64,000 nt of DNA from Octopus vulgaris (GCA_951406725.2 OX597840.1:19344001-19408000), one strand, 5' to 3'; counted from the first letter of the stretch, positions 1 through 15,865 are shown. The notes: generated by a model not told the origin, from the sequence alone. Translations and numbers: made by a program.

Positions 1-205
1 ATATATATATATATATACACATATATATATAGATTATATACTTAGTTCATCGACCCCGAAAGGTTGAAAGGCAAAGTTGACCTCCGTGGAATTTGAACTC
101 ACATCGTAAAGATGGACGAAATGCCGCTAAGCATTTTCCAGCGAACTAACGATTCTCCCACCTCACCGCCTTATGTAATAATAATAATAATAATAATAAT
201 AATAG

Positions 206-415
206 TTTCAATTTTTGGCACAAGGCCAGCAATTTCGGGGTGGATGTATGTCGATCACATCGGTCCCAGTACTCATCTTGTACTTAATTTATTGACCCCA
301 AAGTGGATGAAAGACAAAGTCAACCTTGGAGGAATTTGAACTCGGAACGCAAAGACGGACAAAATGCCTGCAAACATTTCGTCTGGTGTCCTAACGATTA
401 TGCCTGCACGCCGCC
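206..415 (-). mobile_element. tRNA-derived SINE family A, alternative-tail variant (A2)
   Basis: Reverse complement has the family-A head and the ...gactttgtctttcatcc... core, but ends in ...aattgctggccttgtgccaaaaattgaaa next to (AAT)n. Confidence 0.7.
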
Positions 416-596
416 TAAATATTGTCTGTAAATTATTAATTGTAACTTCGAAGTTTTATCGCTGGTAACTTAGCAAGCAGTCTGAAGAAGCCATCACAGT
501 TGATGTAGGCTGAAGGGATGCAACCAGAGAGCAATCAAATGACCCCGAAACAATTGCATCTGAAAATATTATGGTTATATCTTCTACGTTCTACAT

Positions 597-1009
597 AGGC
601 ATAGGAGTGGCTGTGTGGTAAGTAGCTTGCTTAACAACCACATGGTTCTGGGTTCAGTCCCACTGCGTGGCACCTTGGGCAAGTGTCTTCTACTATAACC
701 TTGGGCTGACCAAAAGCCTTGTGAGTGGATTTGGTAGACGGAAACTGAAAGAAGCCTGTCGTATATATGCATATATATGTGGAGTCTTATTTGTAGAAAA
801 TAGAAATAAACAGTCTTTGACTGCTATTACTAATTTGTTTTCGGTATGTGGCTAAGCAACCTGTTGCCTGCCTCTTTTATTTATATACAAAATATATACT
901 GAACTTTTATAGAAGTTCCTACCGTTAATGGTTATATTTACATGCCGAAATCTACCAGTAAATAATTGTTGGTTTTTTTAAAAACCATTAATGCTATTAT
1001 TATATTACT

Positions 1010-1105
<96 letters not shown>

Positions 1106-1315
1106 TTGTGTGTCTGTGTTTGTCCCACCAACATCGCTTGACAACCGATGCTGGTGTGTTACGTCCCCGTAACTTAGCGGTTCGGCAAAAAGAGACCAAT
1201 AGAATAAATACTAGGCTTACAAAGAATAAGTCCTGGAGTCGATTTGCTCGACTAAAGGCGGTACTCCAGCGTGGCCACAGACAAATGACTGAAACAAGTA
1301 AAAGTGTAAAAAGAG
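597..1315 (+). mobile_element. Composite SINE B (tRNA head + CORE-like segment, internal microsatellite, 3' module) with an insertion in the microsatellite
   Basis: Head ggagtggctgtgtggtaag...gggttcagtccc...accttgggcaagtgtc at 597-771; (TA)n(TG)n; 3' module ...ggcggtactccagcgtggccacagacaaatgactgaaacaagtaaaag at 1107-1315. Confidence 0.75.
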
Positions 1316-1751
1316 TTCTAAGTTACATTCAATAACAGTTGAAAGTTCGCTTCGTCCTTTCAACGTCGATGAAGTGTATAACGGACGTATCCTGGGAGAA
1401 ATGGTGAGTACATTTGTGGTGTATTAGTGGAGGAGGGCCAGTATGGTAACTCCACTGACTGAAACCATTCCATAAGAATTTGATAGTTTCTGGAACCAAT
1501 ATGTCTTCGCTATTTATAGGTATGGGATATTGATATTCGTTCAAGCATAATGGTAGTAGACATTTTGGTGACCTTTGACCTCTCTGGAATTTTCTTAATT
1601 AGAATATCATTAAAAATGTCTCACCACAAAAATCAATATGTATAAATTAGCGATTCGATTGAAAGATAAGGAATCGGTTATTGAAATGGCCGTCACCGGA
1701 AGACAATGTAGAAGGAAGGGAACTTTTTGAATATACACATAAACACTATAT

Positions 1752-1840
<89 letters not shown>

Positions 1841-1966
1841 CACAGACAGATAAACAGACAGACATATAAATAGGTAGACATATACTCATAAGGATATATA
1901 CTTATGTATATATATATAGAATAAATATATATATTCTGTGTTTGTATTGTATATATGTGTACATAC

Positions 1967-2010
<44 letters not shown>

Positions 2011-3167
2011 ATATATATTTGTCTGTGTATGTATATATATATACGTACATACATAAGTATATACATACATACATATATATATATAAACAAGGGCAAAAGA
2101 AAAAAGATTTCTATGCCAATATCTTGAGAATAGACTTTAAATCGTCAATCACCTCATTACAATATACATTCACTATAAATACACGTCGTGTGAAATCGAG
2201 GAAAGCAAGCTAACAGATTTTTTTTTAAAGTCCGTTATTTCTATATTGAATCAATTTCGGGGTTAATCCCACGGATTCTTCCCTCTTCCGTAGAAAATAC
2301 GATAAGAAATAAATGAAAAAACCTACAAGCACCCATGGAAAAAAGCAGAAACAAGAGTCATGTGCACACGTAAGTACCCCAGTTATATCTATATGTAAAA
2401 TCCTTTAACAAGCCTCAGCACACATGTGACTGATCCGGAACCACAACTTATAGTGGTTACCAGTCCCGAAGGGAATGGTAATGAAATTACTACTAATATA
2501 GGATAACATTTTTTCCCAAAAACAAATTTCATCAAAAGTCGCAGCATATTAAAATACCTTTAAAGGAGTCGATTAAATAAATACCAGTTACGCACTGGGG
2601 TCGATGTAATCGACTTAATCCCTTTGTCTGTCCTTGTTTGTCCCCTCTATGTTTAGCCCCCTGTGGGCAATAAAGAAACAAATATTATAACTGGACGAAT
2701 CATTAGAGCGTAGGATAAAAACAACTTGCGGCATTTCTTCATTCTGAGTTCAAATCGCGCCGAGTTCAACTTTGCCTTTCTTCTTTTCGGATCGATAAGG
2801 GAAAGTGTTAATGAAGTACTGTACTCTTTGTAATTGACTAAACCACTTCCTATCCAAACTACTGGCTTTGTGCCAAAATGAGAATAAATTAATAATGGCC
2901 CATTCTTCTCGATCGTCCCTCGAGTTGAACAACGTGCGCAGATACTTTGTGATCAAATATTTGAGCTGTTCATAAACTCATTCCCGCCATAAAATCAACG
3001 TTAGCTGAACAGGGGCACAGTGTGCCACACATCAGATGACGAAGTGATCGTAGACCAACGTGTGATGAAGTGTTTTGCTCCAGAACACCAACGCATCGCC
3101 GAGTCCGTGAATTGAAACTGCGATCTCACCTATATCTATTTACGTACGATCTCACCTATATTTATAT

Positions 3168-3397
3168 ATTTCTTTACTACCCACCAGGGGCTAAACACAA
3201 AGGGGACAAACAAGGACAGACATAGGTATTAAGTCGATTACATCGACCACTGTGCGTAACTGGTACGTAATTTATCGACCCCGAAAGGATGAAAGGCAAA
3301 GTCGACCTCGGCGGAATTTGAACCCAGAACGTAACGGCAGACGAAATACGGCTACGCGTTTTGCCCGGCGTGCTAACGTTTCTGCCAGCTCGCCGCC
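3168..3397 (-). mobile_element. SINE family A, full length
   Basis: Reverse complement starts ggcggcgagctggcagaaacgttagc (A-box-like) and has gggttcaaattcc (B-box); tcacctatatttatata is repeated on both sides (TSD). Confidence 0.85.
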
Positions 3398-3924
3398 TTC
3401 ACCTATATTTATATACGTACAATTAAGTTGTGTGCATGTGCTTGTTAGCGTGTTTTTGTTCTTCCTCTTGGTAGTCCCACGAGTTCGAGAAACACGGTTC
3501 CTCAACTTCTAGCTGAACAACCTGCACAAATTATCTGCTTATAGTGATCAAACGCATGTACTGTACATTAGCTCACTCTCTCTATCAAATCGATATTACC
3601 TTAACAGGTGCAAGGTGTGCCGTGCGTAGGAGGTCAAAGTGGTCACAGGAGCAATGTAAGATGAATTGTTTTCTTTAAGAACACAACGCTGCCCATCTGA
3701 GAATCGAACACAATTGTTGGTAGTCAATAAGTAATAATTCTTTTCGTATTTATTTCGTGTATCTTTTTATATTTGTAGAGCCAGACATTGTTATCGGGCA
3801 TTCAAGATTACATCATCTACTTTGAGCCCTTTCTAAATAATAGGTCCTGCAAGATTCTTTGAAGGTAGTAAGCGTCAAATTTATTTAGTAAGACCGTTAC
3901 TTTTTTTTATTCTTTTTTTTTTTT

Positions 3925-4152
3925 TACTTGTTTCAGTAATTTTGACTGTGGCCATGCTGAAGCACCGCCTTTAGTCGAGCAAATCGACACCGGGACTTAT
4001 TCTTTGTAAGCCCAGTGCTTATTCTATCGGTCTCTTTTGCCGAACCGCTAAGTTACGGGGACGTAAACACACCAGCATCGGTTGTCAAGCGATGTTGGGG
4101 GGACAAACACAGACACACAAACATATACACACACATATACATACATACAAAC

Positions 4153-4209
<57 letters not shown>

Positions 4210-5017
4210 AATAAAATAGAACATATGCATATATATAAACATATATGTACGTACCTACCTCTACATGTACATATACACGCATATATGTGTACAGGACACC
4301 AAAAAGACGTCGAACACATAGAGAGACGAAAAACATAGACACAAACCAAGGAACAAGACAAGCAAAAAAAAAGAGATACAGGACAATAAGCACAACGAAA
4401 AATCCCCTTCTTCAGTCGCTAAGGTTTCATCTACTAAACGTTTCGAAGGATAAAAGCGAGACGTATACTTCGAAGAAAACTTCCTTCCTGCGAAAAGCAA
4501 ATCAATTAAAATTCTGAGATCTTTTCGCAGAGGGGTAAAAAAAGCAAGACGGTAACGACAGTACAAACATATAAACAGTAAAATATATATATATAAACAG
4601 TGGAAAAATAAATATATAACAGTGAGAGACAGGACAAGGAGAACAAGATAAGAAGGGCTGTTAATGCCAGACGAAAAAAGTATTGCAAACGCTGGATTAT
4701 AGTGGACGACGAGAGAGAAAGAATGTCGACCAGTAGCCTTAGAAGGCGGGCGAGAAAAGACAGGATAGCAGTTACGACGGAAGTATCGTCGCAGATGGAC
4801 GACGGGAATGGGGGAGGAGGAGCAAGAGGAAGAGAGAGAAGAAGGGGAATGGTGCGAGGAGACCATGAAGAACGGTGAGGGGGAGAGAGAGAGGAAGAGA
4901 CAAGTTAAGTGAGGGAAAAAAGACGAAAAAGGGAATGGGAGAGAAAGAAAGAAAGATGCAGAGTCGCGTGAGAGTTAATATCAAGGCTAACTTGATAAAC
5001 AGAACATATATATATAC

Positions 5018-5106
<89 letters not shown>

Positions 5107-5285
5107 ATATATATATATATATACATACATATATACGACAGGCTTCTTTCAGTTTCCGTCTACCAAATCCACTCACAAGGCATTGGTCAGCCCGAGGCTA
5201 TACTAGACCACTTGCCCAAGGTGCCACGCAGTGGGAATGAACCCGGAACTATGTGGTTCGTAAGCAAGTTGCTTACCCCACAGTC
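3925..5285 (-). mobile_element. Composite SINE B carrying an ~800-bp nested insertion (4208-5010) in its internal (TA)n
   Basis: 3' module at 3925-4118 and head at 5135-5285, both on the minus strand, separated by microsatellite plus an unrelated repeat. Confidence 0.75.
4208..5010. mobile_element. Non-coding (TA)n-inserted repeat (family P), probably a Penelope-like terminal region
   Basis: Shares ...atatatgtgtacaggacacc... with 32474-32667 and is related to 20440-20675; the ends are redundant (ttaataaaatagaacatat / ttgataaacagaacatat). Confidence 0.5.
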
Positions 5286-5334
5286 ATATTTTTTCCTTTT
5301 ACTAGTTGCAGTAATGAGGACGTAAGCAAGCCAA

Positions 5335-6855
<1,521 letters not shown>

Positions 6856-6858
<3 letters not shown>

Positions 6859-7413
6859 GCCCTGATGCAGTACCAGGCAGTGGCTCTCGTGGCTTCTGAT
6901 CTTAATTGATTGGAAGTGTTATCATGTACATTGTTTTGTCTTGGTATAAAAGATGGGCTACAGCAAATATTCTGCTCAATACCGCAGATTTGCTTGTCAG
7001 TTGTTTGACCGTAACCAGTTGAGCATGACCCTTAGTGGCTGACGATATGTGCATCTCTGATCACGAGCAGAAGTAGTGGGGGAGCATCATAGCCATGTGT
7101 TGAGAGGGATTCTTTGGGGTTTGAATAATTCACCTCTGGAAACATGGGTGGTTCTTTCAACATCCTTAAACAACCCTTATTCAGGGACCTTTTGAGCGGG
7201 ATGGGCTATTTGACCAGAAGAAAATTCTAAATGGGCCCCCACCTGCAAGGTCATGTGCTGTTTATCTTTTTATGAGATCACCATGTCGCGCACATATGGT
7301 TGTGATGCATGTGCCTGGTGTACCATTATCAGACGGGTAGTCATGATGGGTATATTGGGCTTCGTATATTTTACCCCAGTGTCACTTTGATGGCATGAAC
7401 TGCTCTCTCACTC
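6856..7413. mobile_element. ~560-bp non-coding repeat inserted in (AAT)n (family F), copy 1
   Basis: Highly similar to 7439-7985; both ends bounded by (AAT)n. Confidence 0.75.
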
Positions 7414-7438
7414 AATAATAATAATAATGATAATAATA

Positions 7439-7985
7439 AATGCCCTGATTCAGTACCAGGCAGTAGCTCTCGTGGCTTCTGATCTTAACTGATTGGAAGT
7501 GTTATCATGTACATTGTTTTGTCTTTGTATAAAAGATGGGCTACAGCAAATATTCTGCTCAATACCACAGATTTGCTTGTCAGTTGTTTGACCTTAACCA
7601 GTTGACCATGTCCCTTAGTGGCTGACGATATGTGCATCTCTGATCACGAGCAGAAGTAGTGGGGGAGCATCATGTTGAGAGGAATTCTTTGGGGTTTGAA
7701 TAATTTATCTCTGGAAACATGGGTGTTTCGTTCAACATCCTTAAACAATCCTTATTCAGGGACCTTTTGAGCAGGATGGGCTACTCAACCAAAAGAAAAT
7801 TCTAACTGGATCCCACCTGCAAGATCATGCACTGTAATTCTGATATGAGATCACCATGTCGTGCACATATGGTTGTGATGCATGTGCCTGGTGTACCATT
7901 ATCAGACGGGTAGTCATGATGGGTATGCTGGGCTTCGTATATTTTACCCCAGTGTCACTTTGATAGCATGCACTGCTCTCTCACA
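7439..7985. mobile_element. Family F, copy 2 (tandem)
   Basis: Starts aatgccctgattcagtaccaggcag and ends gcactgctctctcac, like copy 1; an (AAT)n spacer separates the two copies. Confidence 0.75.
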
Positions 7986-7996
7986 TAATAATGATA

Positions 7997-8077
<81 letters not shown>

Positions 8078-8080
<3 letters not shown>

Positions 8081-8255
8081 TAGTTTTATTTTTATAGCGT
8101 GCTTTCACTTCACTACCGAGCGCAGCTCTGTGTGCCTTGAGTATGTGCTGTGATTTGTTGTGATGCTCTGATGGTTATTGTATGGAAAGTGTTCTGCGTA
8201 GGATGTGTGCAGTGCCTAGTAGTGCAATTTTCTGTATGTTATATGTTATGTTATG

Positions 8256-8260
<5 letters not shown>
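8078..8260 (-). mobile_element. R4/Dong-like LINE 3' end
   Basis: Encodes IQKIALLGTAHILRRTLS*, the C-terminal motif of restriction-like-endonuclease LINEs, followed by a 3' UTR and (AAT)n. Confidence 0.8.
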
Positions 8261-8321
<61 letters not shown>

Positions 8322-8398
8322 CATTATTGTTGTTATTGTTATTATTATTATCTTTATTATCATTATTATTATTATCATTATTATTATTATCTTTATTA

Positions 8399-8447
<49 letters not shown>

Positions 8448-8553
8448 CATCATCATTATTATCATTATTGTTGTTATCGTTATTATTATTATTATCTTTA
8501 TTATTATTATTTTTATTATTATTATTATCATCTTTATTATTATTATTATCATC

Positions 8554-8594
<41 letters not shown>

Positions 8595-8595
8595 C

Positions 8596-8651
<56 letters not shown>

Positions 8652-8652
<1 letters not shown>

Positions 8653-8837
8653 GCCTTTGCACAGCTTCTAACGCTGCTGGAGATGTACTACGATGTCAGC
8701 TGTTCACTACCAGTGAACTAAGGTAATACCTCTTATTTGTCGAGCACCTTCAGGAGTATTCGAGCGGTTCGAAGCAGTGCTGTTTTCTGCAAGTGCTCCA
8801 CACTTATTGCAGCCCCTATTTGTTCCCTATACTTCTC
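8652..8837 (-). mobile_element. R4/Dong-like LINE 3' end (same family as 8838-10026)
   Basis: Reverse complement aligns with 9854-10025 (EHLQKTALLRTARILLK + UTR). Confidence 0.8.
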
Positions 8838-10026
8838 ACGGAATAAGATTAAAGCTGTCAATACTTGGACGGTTTCATTCCTTAGATATGGAGCAGTGTA
8901 ATCGCATGGACGGCAAGCGAACTAAGCAGCTTAGAAAGGAAGACAAGAACGTTGCTAACTAGATATGGGATACTCCACCTAGAAAGGAAGACAAGGACGT
9001 TGCTAACTAGATATGGGATACTCCACCCAAACAGTGACACAGATATACTGTATGTACCAAGAAAAAGGGGAAAAGAGGATCTGAACACAACATTAGAGCA
9101 GAAGAAAACATAGCATGGTTTGTAAAATATGTCACAGAACCGCTATTAATAGAAGTAGGGTCAGGCTTGTGTAGGATGAAAAATTACAAAGATGAAGCAC
9201 TGTACAAGGACTTGAGAACGATTGAAACAGAAAACAGGTGGATAAAGAAAAGAATGCAGCGACAATTTCAAAGGGATGTTGAAGATAAGACAGACAGAGA
9301 AAAAAGATGGTTGTGGATGACTAAAAGTGATTTAAAACCGGAAACGGAGGCTTTAATCTGTGCTGCCCAAGAGCAAGCATTAAGAACGAATTACATCAAA
9401 TACAGAAAAGACGACACATCAGAAAGTGATAAGTGCAGAAGTTGTGGACAAAATGGGGAAACCGCATGGTATATTACCAGTCAAAACACGCCACTATCCC
9501 AGAAAGAATATAAGAGACGTCATGAAAATATTGCAAGGATTTCCACTAGAAACTTTGTAGCAAGTATGGACTTGACAAAGCAAAGTGCTACGAACATAAA
9601 ACCGAAGGCATCATCGAAAATGATAATGCAAATATCCTATGGGATTCAGTGCGACCATGAGATAGAGAATAGGAAGCCAGACATAGTGTTAATTGAGAAA
9701 GAAAGCAAACGATACTGGATCATAGATATAGCATGTCCAGCTGACAAGGTATGCGATTAGGACGAAAGAAAAGTCGAGAGATATTACAGGTTAGCTTGGG
9801 AGGTTAAGCAGTTGTGGTTGCTGAAAAAGGTGGGAACAATGAGTAAAAATCTTGAGAAGTACAGGGAAGAAATAAGGGCTGCAATAAGTGTGGAGCACTT
9901 GCAGAAAACATCACTGTTTGGAACCTCTCGAATACTCCGGAAAAATAAAGGGTGTTACCTTAGTTCACGGATAGTGAACAGCTGGCACCATAGTACGTCT
10001 CCAGCGTTAGAAGCTGTGCAAAGATG
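8838..10026 (+). mobile_element. 5'-truncated R4/Dong-like LINE (CCHC knuckle + RLE endonuclease remnant)
   Basis: LKPETEALICAAQEQALRTN, KCRSC, YKRRHENIAR, RKPDIVLIEKE..WIIDIACP, LQKTSLFGTSRILRK; frameshifts and stops; (AAT)n tail. Confidence 0.9.
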
Positions 10027-10030
10027 AATG

Positions 10031-10096
<66 letters not shown>

Positions 10097-10167
10097 TCGT
10101 TGATGTTCTTGTAACTGTGGTTATTATTTATTTATTTATTATTACTATTATTATTATTATTATTACT

Positions 10168-10331
10168 TTTTTTTTTCTTCTTTCAAATTTGCTTCCATTT
10201 CTTGCCGGGTGTCTTCCCGACTCCTAGGGCAAAGAAACTCATAGTATACATTGGTAGGCCATTAAACCAAACTCAATAGTTCGTTCATTTTTTTTTTTTT
10301 AAGTTAAAATACATGAGCAGCAACAGTTCTT
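10168..10331 (-). mobile_element. Short (ATT)n-embedded repeat (family G), probable LINE/SINE 3' end
   Basis: Similar to 47604-47750 (tatacattggtaggccattaaaccaaactcaatagttc...aaatacatgagcagcaaca). Confidence 0.6.
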
Positions 10332-10403
10332 ATTATTATTATTATTATTATTATTATTTTTATTATTTTTATTATTATTATATATAAAGTAACGAAATAA
10401 CGA

Positions 10404-10445
<42 letters not shown>

Positions 10446-10452
10446 CAGCAGC

Positions 10453-10519
<67 letters not shown>

Positions 10520-10973
10520 ATAATAATGATGATGATGATGATGATGATGATGATAACAACAATGAGGAGGAGAAGGAGAAGAAGAAGAAGAAGAAGAAGA
10601 AGAAGAAGAAGAAGAAGAAGAAGAAGAAGAAGAAGAAGAAGAAGAAGAAGAAGAAGAAGAAGAAGAAGCAATAAATAAGAAGGACTTTTGTACAACACGG
10701 TCTAATTTATTACTACGAGCCAGTCGTGCATCGCCAAACACTGATGGCGTTTAAAATAGTATTTGCAAAATTTCTCTTGGCAACAAAACGTTCTTTTGCA
10801 GATTTCTAATAAGATGAAAGTTATTTCGCTTCCTCTCGCTCATCCTTTAATTACTTTGCTTTAAATAGACACGCAATAAAATAAAATAAAAAAGCAGAAG
10901 CAAAATAATATTAATATTAATAACCTTGATATTTATTGTTCTTTTGCAATATTTGTATGTGTGTGTATGTATG

Positions 10974-11048
<75 letters not shown>

Positions 11049-11271
11049 GTGTGTGTGTGTGTGCGTGAGTAATTGAGAGGAATAATTAATATAAATATTA
11101 ATAAGACAACCAAACTATCGCCATCATCATCATATCACTATCACCATCACCATCCCCATCACCGCCATCGTAATGAAAACAATGGTGGAAAATATTCGAT
11201 GTAAATTTCTTCATAAATTACAAAAAAAAAGAGAAACAAAACCAAACACAATTTATATAACTGCGTGATAA

Positions 11272-11485
11272 ATCATCATCTTCAACATCATCATCGTTGT
11301 CGCCATCATCATCGTCGTCATCCTAATCATCATAACCATCATCGCCATCATCATCATCGTCGTCGTCGTCGTCATCATCATCATCACCATCATCATCGTC
11401 ATCATCGTCATCATCATCATTACCATCACCATCATCATCATCATCATAATCATCATCATCATCATCATCGTCATCATCGTCATCG

Positions 11486-11563
<78 letters not shown>

Positions 11564-11585
11564 ACATCATCATCATCAACATCAA

Positions 11586-11619
<34 letters not shown>

Positions 11620-11716
11620 GTCATCATCGTCATCCTAATCATCATAACCATCATCATCATCATCATCATCATCATCGTCATCATCGTCATCATCATCATC
11701 ATCATCATCATCATCG

Positions 11717-11776
<60 letters not shown>

Positions 11777-12050
11777 ACATCAGCAGCAGCAACAGCAGCA
11801 TCATCGTCGTCGTCGTTAACATCATCATCATTATTGACATCGTCGTCGTCGTTAACATCATCATCATCGTCATCCTAATCATCATAACCATCTTTATCAA
11901 CATCATCATCATCATCATCATCATCACCATCGTCATCATCATTATCGTCGTCGTCGTTAACATCACCATCACTATTGACAACATCATCATCGTTATCATC
12001 ATCGTTATCGTCATCGCTATCGTCGTCGTCATCATCATCATCATCATCAC
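11272..12050. repeat. (ATC)n/(GTC)n microsatellite
   Basis: Direct reading; source of the poly-M/H/D ORFs. Confidence 0.97.
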
Positions 12051-12239
12051 CTGCACCACCACTCGCCTGCTGCATGTCTGTGTCTTTGTGCAGTTTATCA
12101 TTACACATCTCTATGAGAAACTTTCCTGGGAGAAATACCACAGTTTTAAGGTTTTCTGCAAGATTTCTCAGTTAAGTATGATATGCGGAATGCTATTTCG
12201 AACGAATACTGCTTCTGTTGCTAGTATCAATATGCATTA

Positions 12240-12780
<541 letters not shown>

Positions 12781-13269
12781 ACATTCCTGCATTCGTACTT
12801 TTTGTATAAGAAATCCGAAATGCTGTATTTTATTTGAATTATAATTCACCTGAAGAAACTGTTTCTTTTTTTTCACATGATCTGTTCATCAGCAAAAAAC
12901 ACATTTGAAACAGCTGTAGTGAATCTCAGCCTATTTATTATTTATAATACACCACACTTGGAATCTTCTCTGCACTGGCCCTTGAGCCTACAGTGGATCA
13001 TGGACTGCATGCCGTAATATACTCTCGTGTTATTTTACGTATCCGTTAAGTGTATTTGGTCTGTATTTGTAGATGTGGGCGTAATTAGAAGAACAAATCC
13101 CTATACACTCCATTAAGTATGTTGATACACGGAGATACTGTCCTTGACTCTACCTTGGTGTCCTTAATATTAAAATACCTCGTTTCTAACGGATCCAACA
13201 AATAATTATATATAGAGAAGGAGAGAGGGGAGGGAGAGAGAAAGAGAGAGAGAGATTTACAGAAGAGTC

Positions 13270-14620
13270 TGCTTTAGTACAGTACAATATAGAGCCATTG
13301 TTCTGAAAAAATGACTCACTGACTCCAGACACCCAGAGAATGAGTGAAAAACTGAATGTGCAATACAAAAATGCATTCTGAACTCCGTTGGGACACTTGC
13401 AAATAGCTATGTCTAGTGAGATCTTTGGTACCATCGCAGTACACAAAAAGATGGCAATTATCAATTACATCGGCATAGACAAAACTGATCTAATATAATC
13501 CATGAAATGAGCTTAAACTCAGCCACAGGCCCTGATGGATTCACAGAAACCTTCCAAAAGAAATGCAAAGGGCTTCTAGGAAGACCACTACAAATCCTCT
13601 TCCATGGCTTTCTTTGCAAATTGGAAACTTCCCAGAAAGTTAAAGGAAGGTATATGTCCTACCCATAAAAGAGGCAGCAGAGCGGATGCTAAAAATTATA
13701 GACCTATCTCTCTAACTTCACATGTCAGCAAAGACATGGAATCAGGAGGAAACTGATCAAGTTCCTAGAACTTAATGACTAGCTCTCTGACACCCAATAT
13801 GACCTCCGCTCAAAAATAAGTTGCTTACACAGCTTCTGCGGCATTATGACAAGGTATTGAAATAACTAGGCGGCGAGCTGGCAGAAACGTTAGCAAGCCG
13901 GGCGAAATGCTCAGCGGTATTTCGTCTGCCGTGACGTTGTGAGTTCAAATTCCGCCGAGGTCGACTTTGCCTTTCATCCTTTCGGGGTCGATTAAATAAG
14001 TACCAGTTACGCACTGAGGTCGATGTAATCGACTTAATACCTATTCATTGATATGTGTAGCCTCTATGTGTAGCCTCTATGTGTAGCCCCTTGTGGGTAA
14101 TAAAGAAATAGGTATTTCGTCTGCCGTTACGTTGTGAGTTCAAATTCCGCCGAGGTCGACTTTGCCTTTCATCCTTTCGGGGTCAATTAAATAAGTACCA
14201 GTTACGCACTGGGGTCGATGTAGTCGACTTAATACCTATGTCTTTCGTTGTTTGTCCCCTCTGTGTGTAGCCCCTTGTGGGCAGTAGAGAAATAGGTATT
14301 GAAACAACTAACGAATCGCTCAAATATGATATATTTTGACTTTCCAGAGGCCTTTGATAAGGTTGATCACGAAATGATATATCACAAAGTATGGAGTCTC
14401 GGCATAGTCGGAAAACTGGAAGAGTGGTTACATGACTTCTTAAAAGAACAAAGCCAGGCTGTGGCAGCCAATGGAACCCTCTCAAGGAGACAATAATAGC
14501 GCGAAGGTTGGCTCAGGAAACTGTCTTGAGGTCGCTGCTGTTTATGATAGCTCTTTCGGATATGCCATCAGTTACACAGACAGTCACTCTTACTAACTAT
14601 GCCGACGACACAAAAGTAGT
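13270..14620 (+). mobile_element. Degenerate CR1-clade LINE RT fragment interrupted by SINE A
   Basis: SATGPDG, KRGSRADAKNYRPISLTSHVSK, IYFDFPEAFDKVDH, WLHDFLK, NYADDTKV; multiple frameshifts. Confidence 0.85.
13869..14293 (+). mobile_element. SINE family A with tandem-duplicated body
   Basis: Head + body, then the body repeats from ggtatttcgtctg; 17-bp TSD aggtattgaaa(t/c)aacta at 13852-13868 and 14294-14310. Confidence 0.9.
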
Positions 14621-14800
14621 ATAAACGCATGCATATCTGCAGGTGTAGGTGTGTTGATAGACAGGAGGGTGGAGTTCTATATATATGCACCTCTATACAC
14701 ATATAATTCATATATATATTCATGTTTGCGGCGAATGTGAATATGTATAGCTTTATGTTTTGTTATGTGTTTTCATTTGTATAAATATCTCTTTCCTCTT

Positions 14801-15162
14801 TTAGTCATTTGACTGTGGCCATGCTGGAGCACCACCTTTTTAGTCAAGCAAATCGACCCCGGAACTTATTCTTTGTAAGCCTAGTACTTATTCTATGGCC
14901 GAACTGCTAAGTTACGAGGACGTAAACACGCCAGCATCGGTTGTCAAGCGATGTTGTGGGGGTCAAACACAGATACACAAACACACACACACACATATAT
15001 ACGACAGGCTTCTTTGAGTTTCCATCTACCAAATCCACTCACAAGGCTTTGGTCGGCCCGAGGCAATAGTAGAAGATACTAGCCCAAGGTGCCACGCAGT
15101 GGGACTGAACCCGGAACCATGTGGTTGGTAAGCAAGCTACTTACAACACAGCCACTCCTACG

Positions 15163-15165
<3 letters not shown>
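14801..15165 (-). mobile_element. Composite SINE B
   Basis: 3' module, short (CA)n, head. Confidence 0.8.
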
Positions 15166-15196
<31 letters not shown>

Positions 15197-15865
15197 AGGA
15201 TGATGTTGATTATGTATTTATACGTATGTGTGTGTGTGTGTGTATATTTGTACATATATATATATGCATATGCGTGGTTTTGTCTATCTGCATGCGTGTA
15301 TGTGCGTATGTATATTCACACATGCGGCGTGTGTGTATATATGTCTGCTACGAGCGTTAATACATGTATATTGTTTACGGTTTTATATGAGTATTTTCGA
15401 TTTATATAAGTTCTAAAGTAAACGTAAACTTTTTTCTATGTGAAGATGAAGTTATATATACATATATACGTACGTGTGTATGCATTTTCATATTTATATG
15501 TATATATATTTTTTTATACATGTATATGTATATGCATATGTGTGTGCATGTAGAGATGTGTATATGAGCATAATAATGCGTGCATGGGTACATATACATG
15601 TCTATGTGCGTGTATGCGTGTATGCATGTGTATGTGTGTGCATGTATACATATGCGTGTATATATATATATGTATATATGTATATGTATGTGAGTATGTA
15701 CACATATACACACACGTGTATGTATGCATATATACATGTGTACGTATGTAGATTTTATATATATATATATATATACAATTGCTAACGGGCCACCTATATT
15801 ATAATATATATTTAATATATCATAATATTTTATTGTATTTATGTGTGTATGTATGTATGTATATA

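Noticed and set aside
1339-1403. Plus-strand mini-exon (cag|...ESSLRPFNVDEVYNGRILGEM|gtgagt)
   Set aside because: Good splice sites but no recognisable protein, and it overlaps a longer minus-strand frame; undecidable without RNA data
4400-4450. Possible permuted (type II) hammerhead on the minus strand: GAAACGTT...CTGAAGA
   Set aside because: No convincing stem I, and the related copy near 20560-20600 does not restore it
11253-12101. 282-aa Met-rich and 184-aa His-rich ORFs
   Set aside because: (ATC)n microsatellite read in different frames
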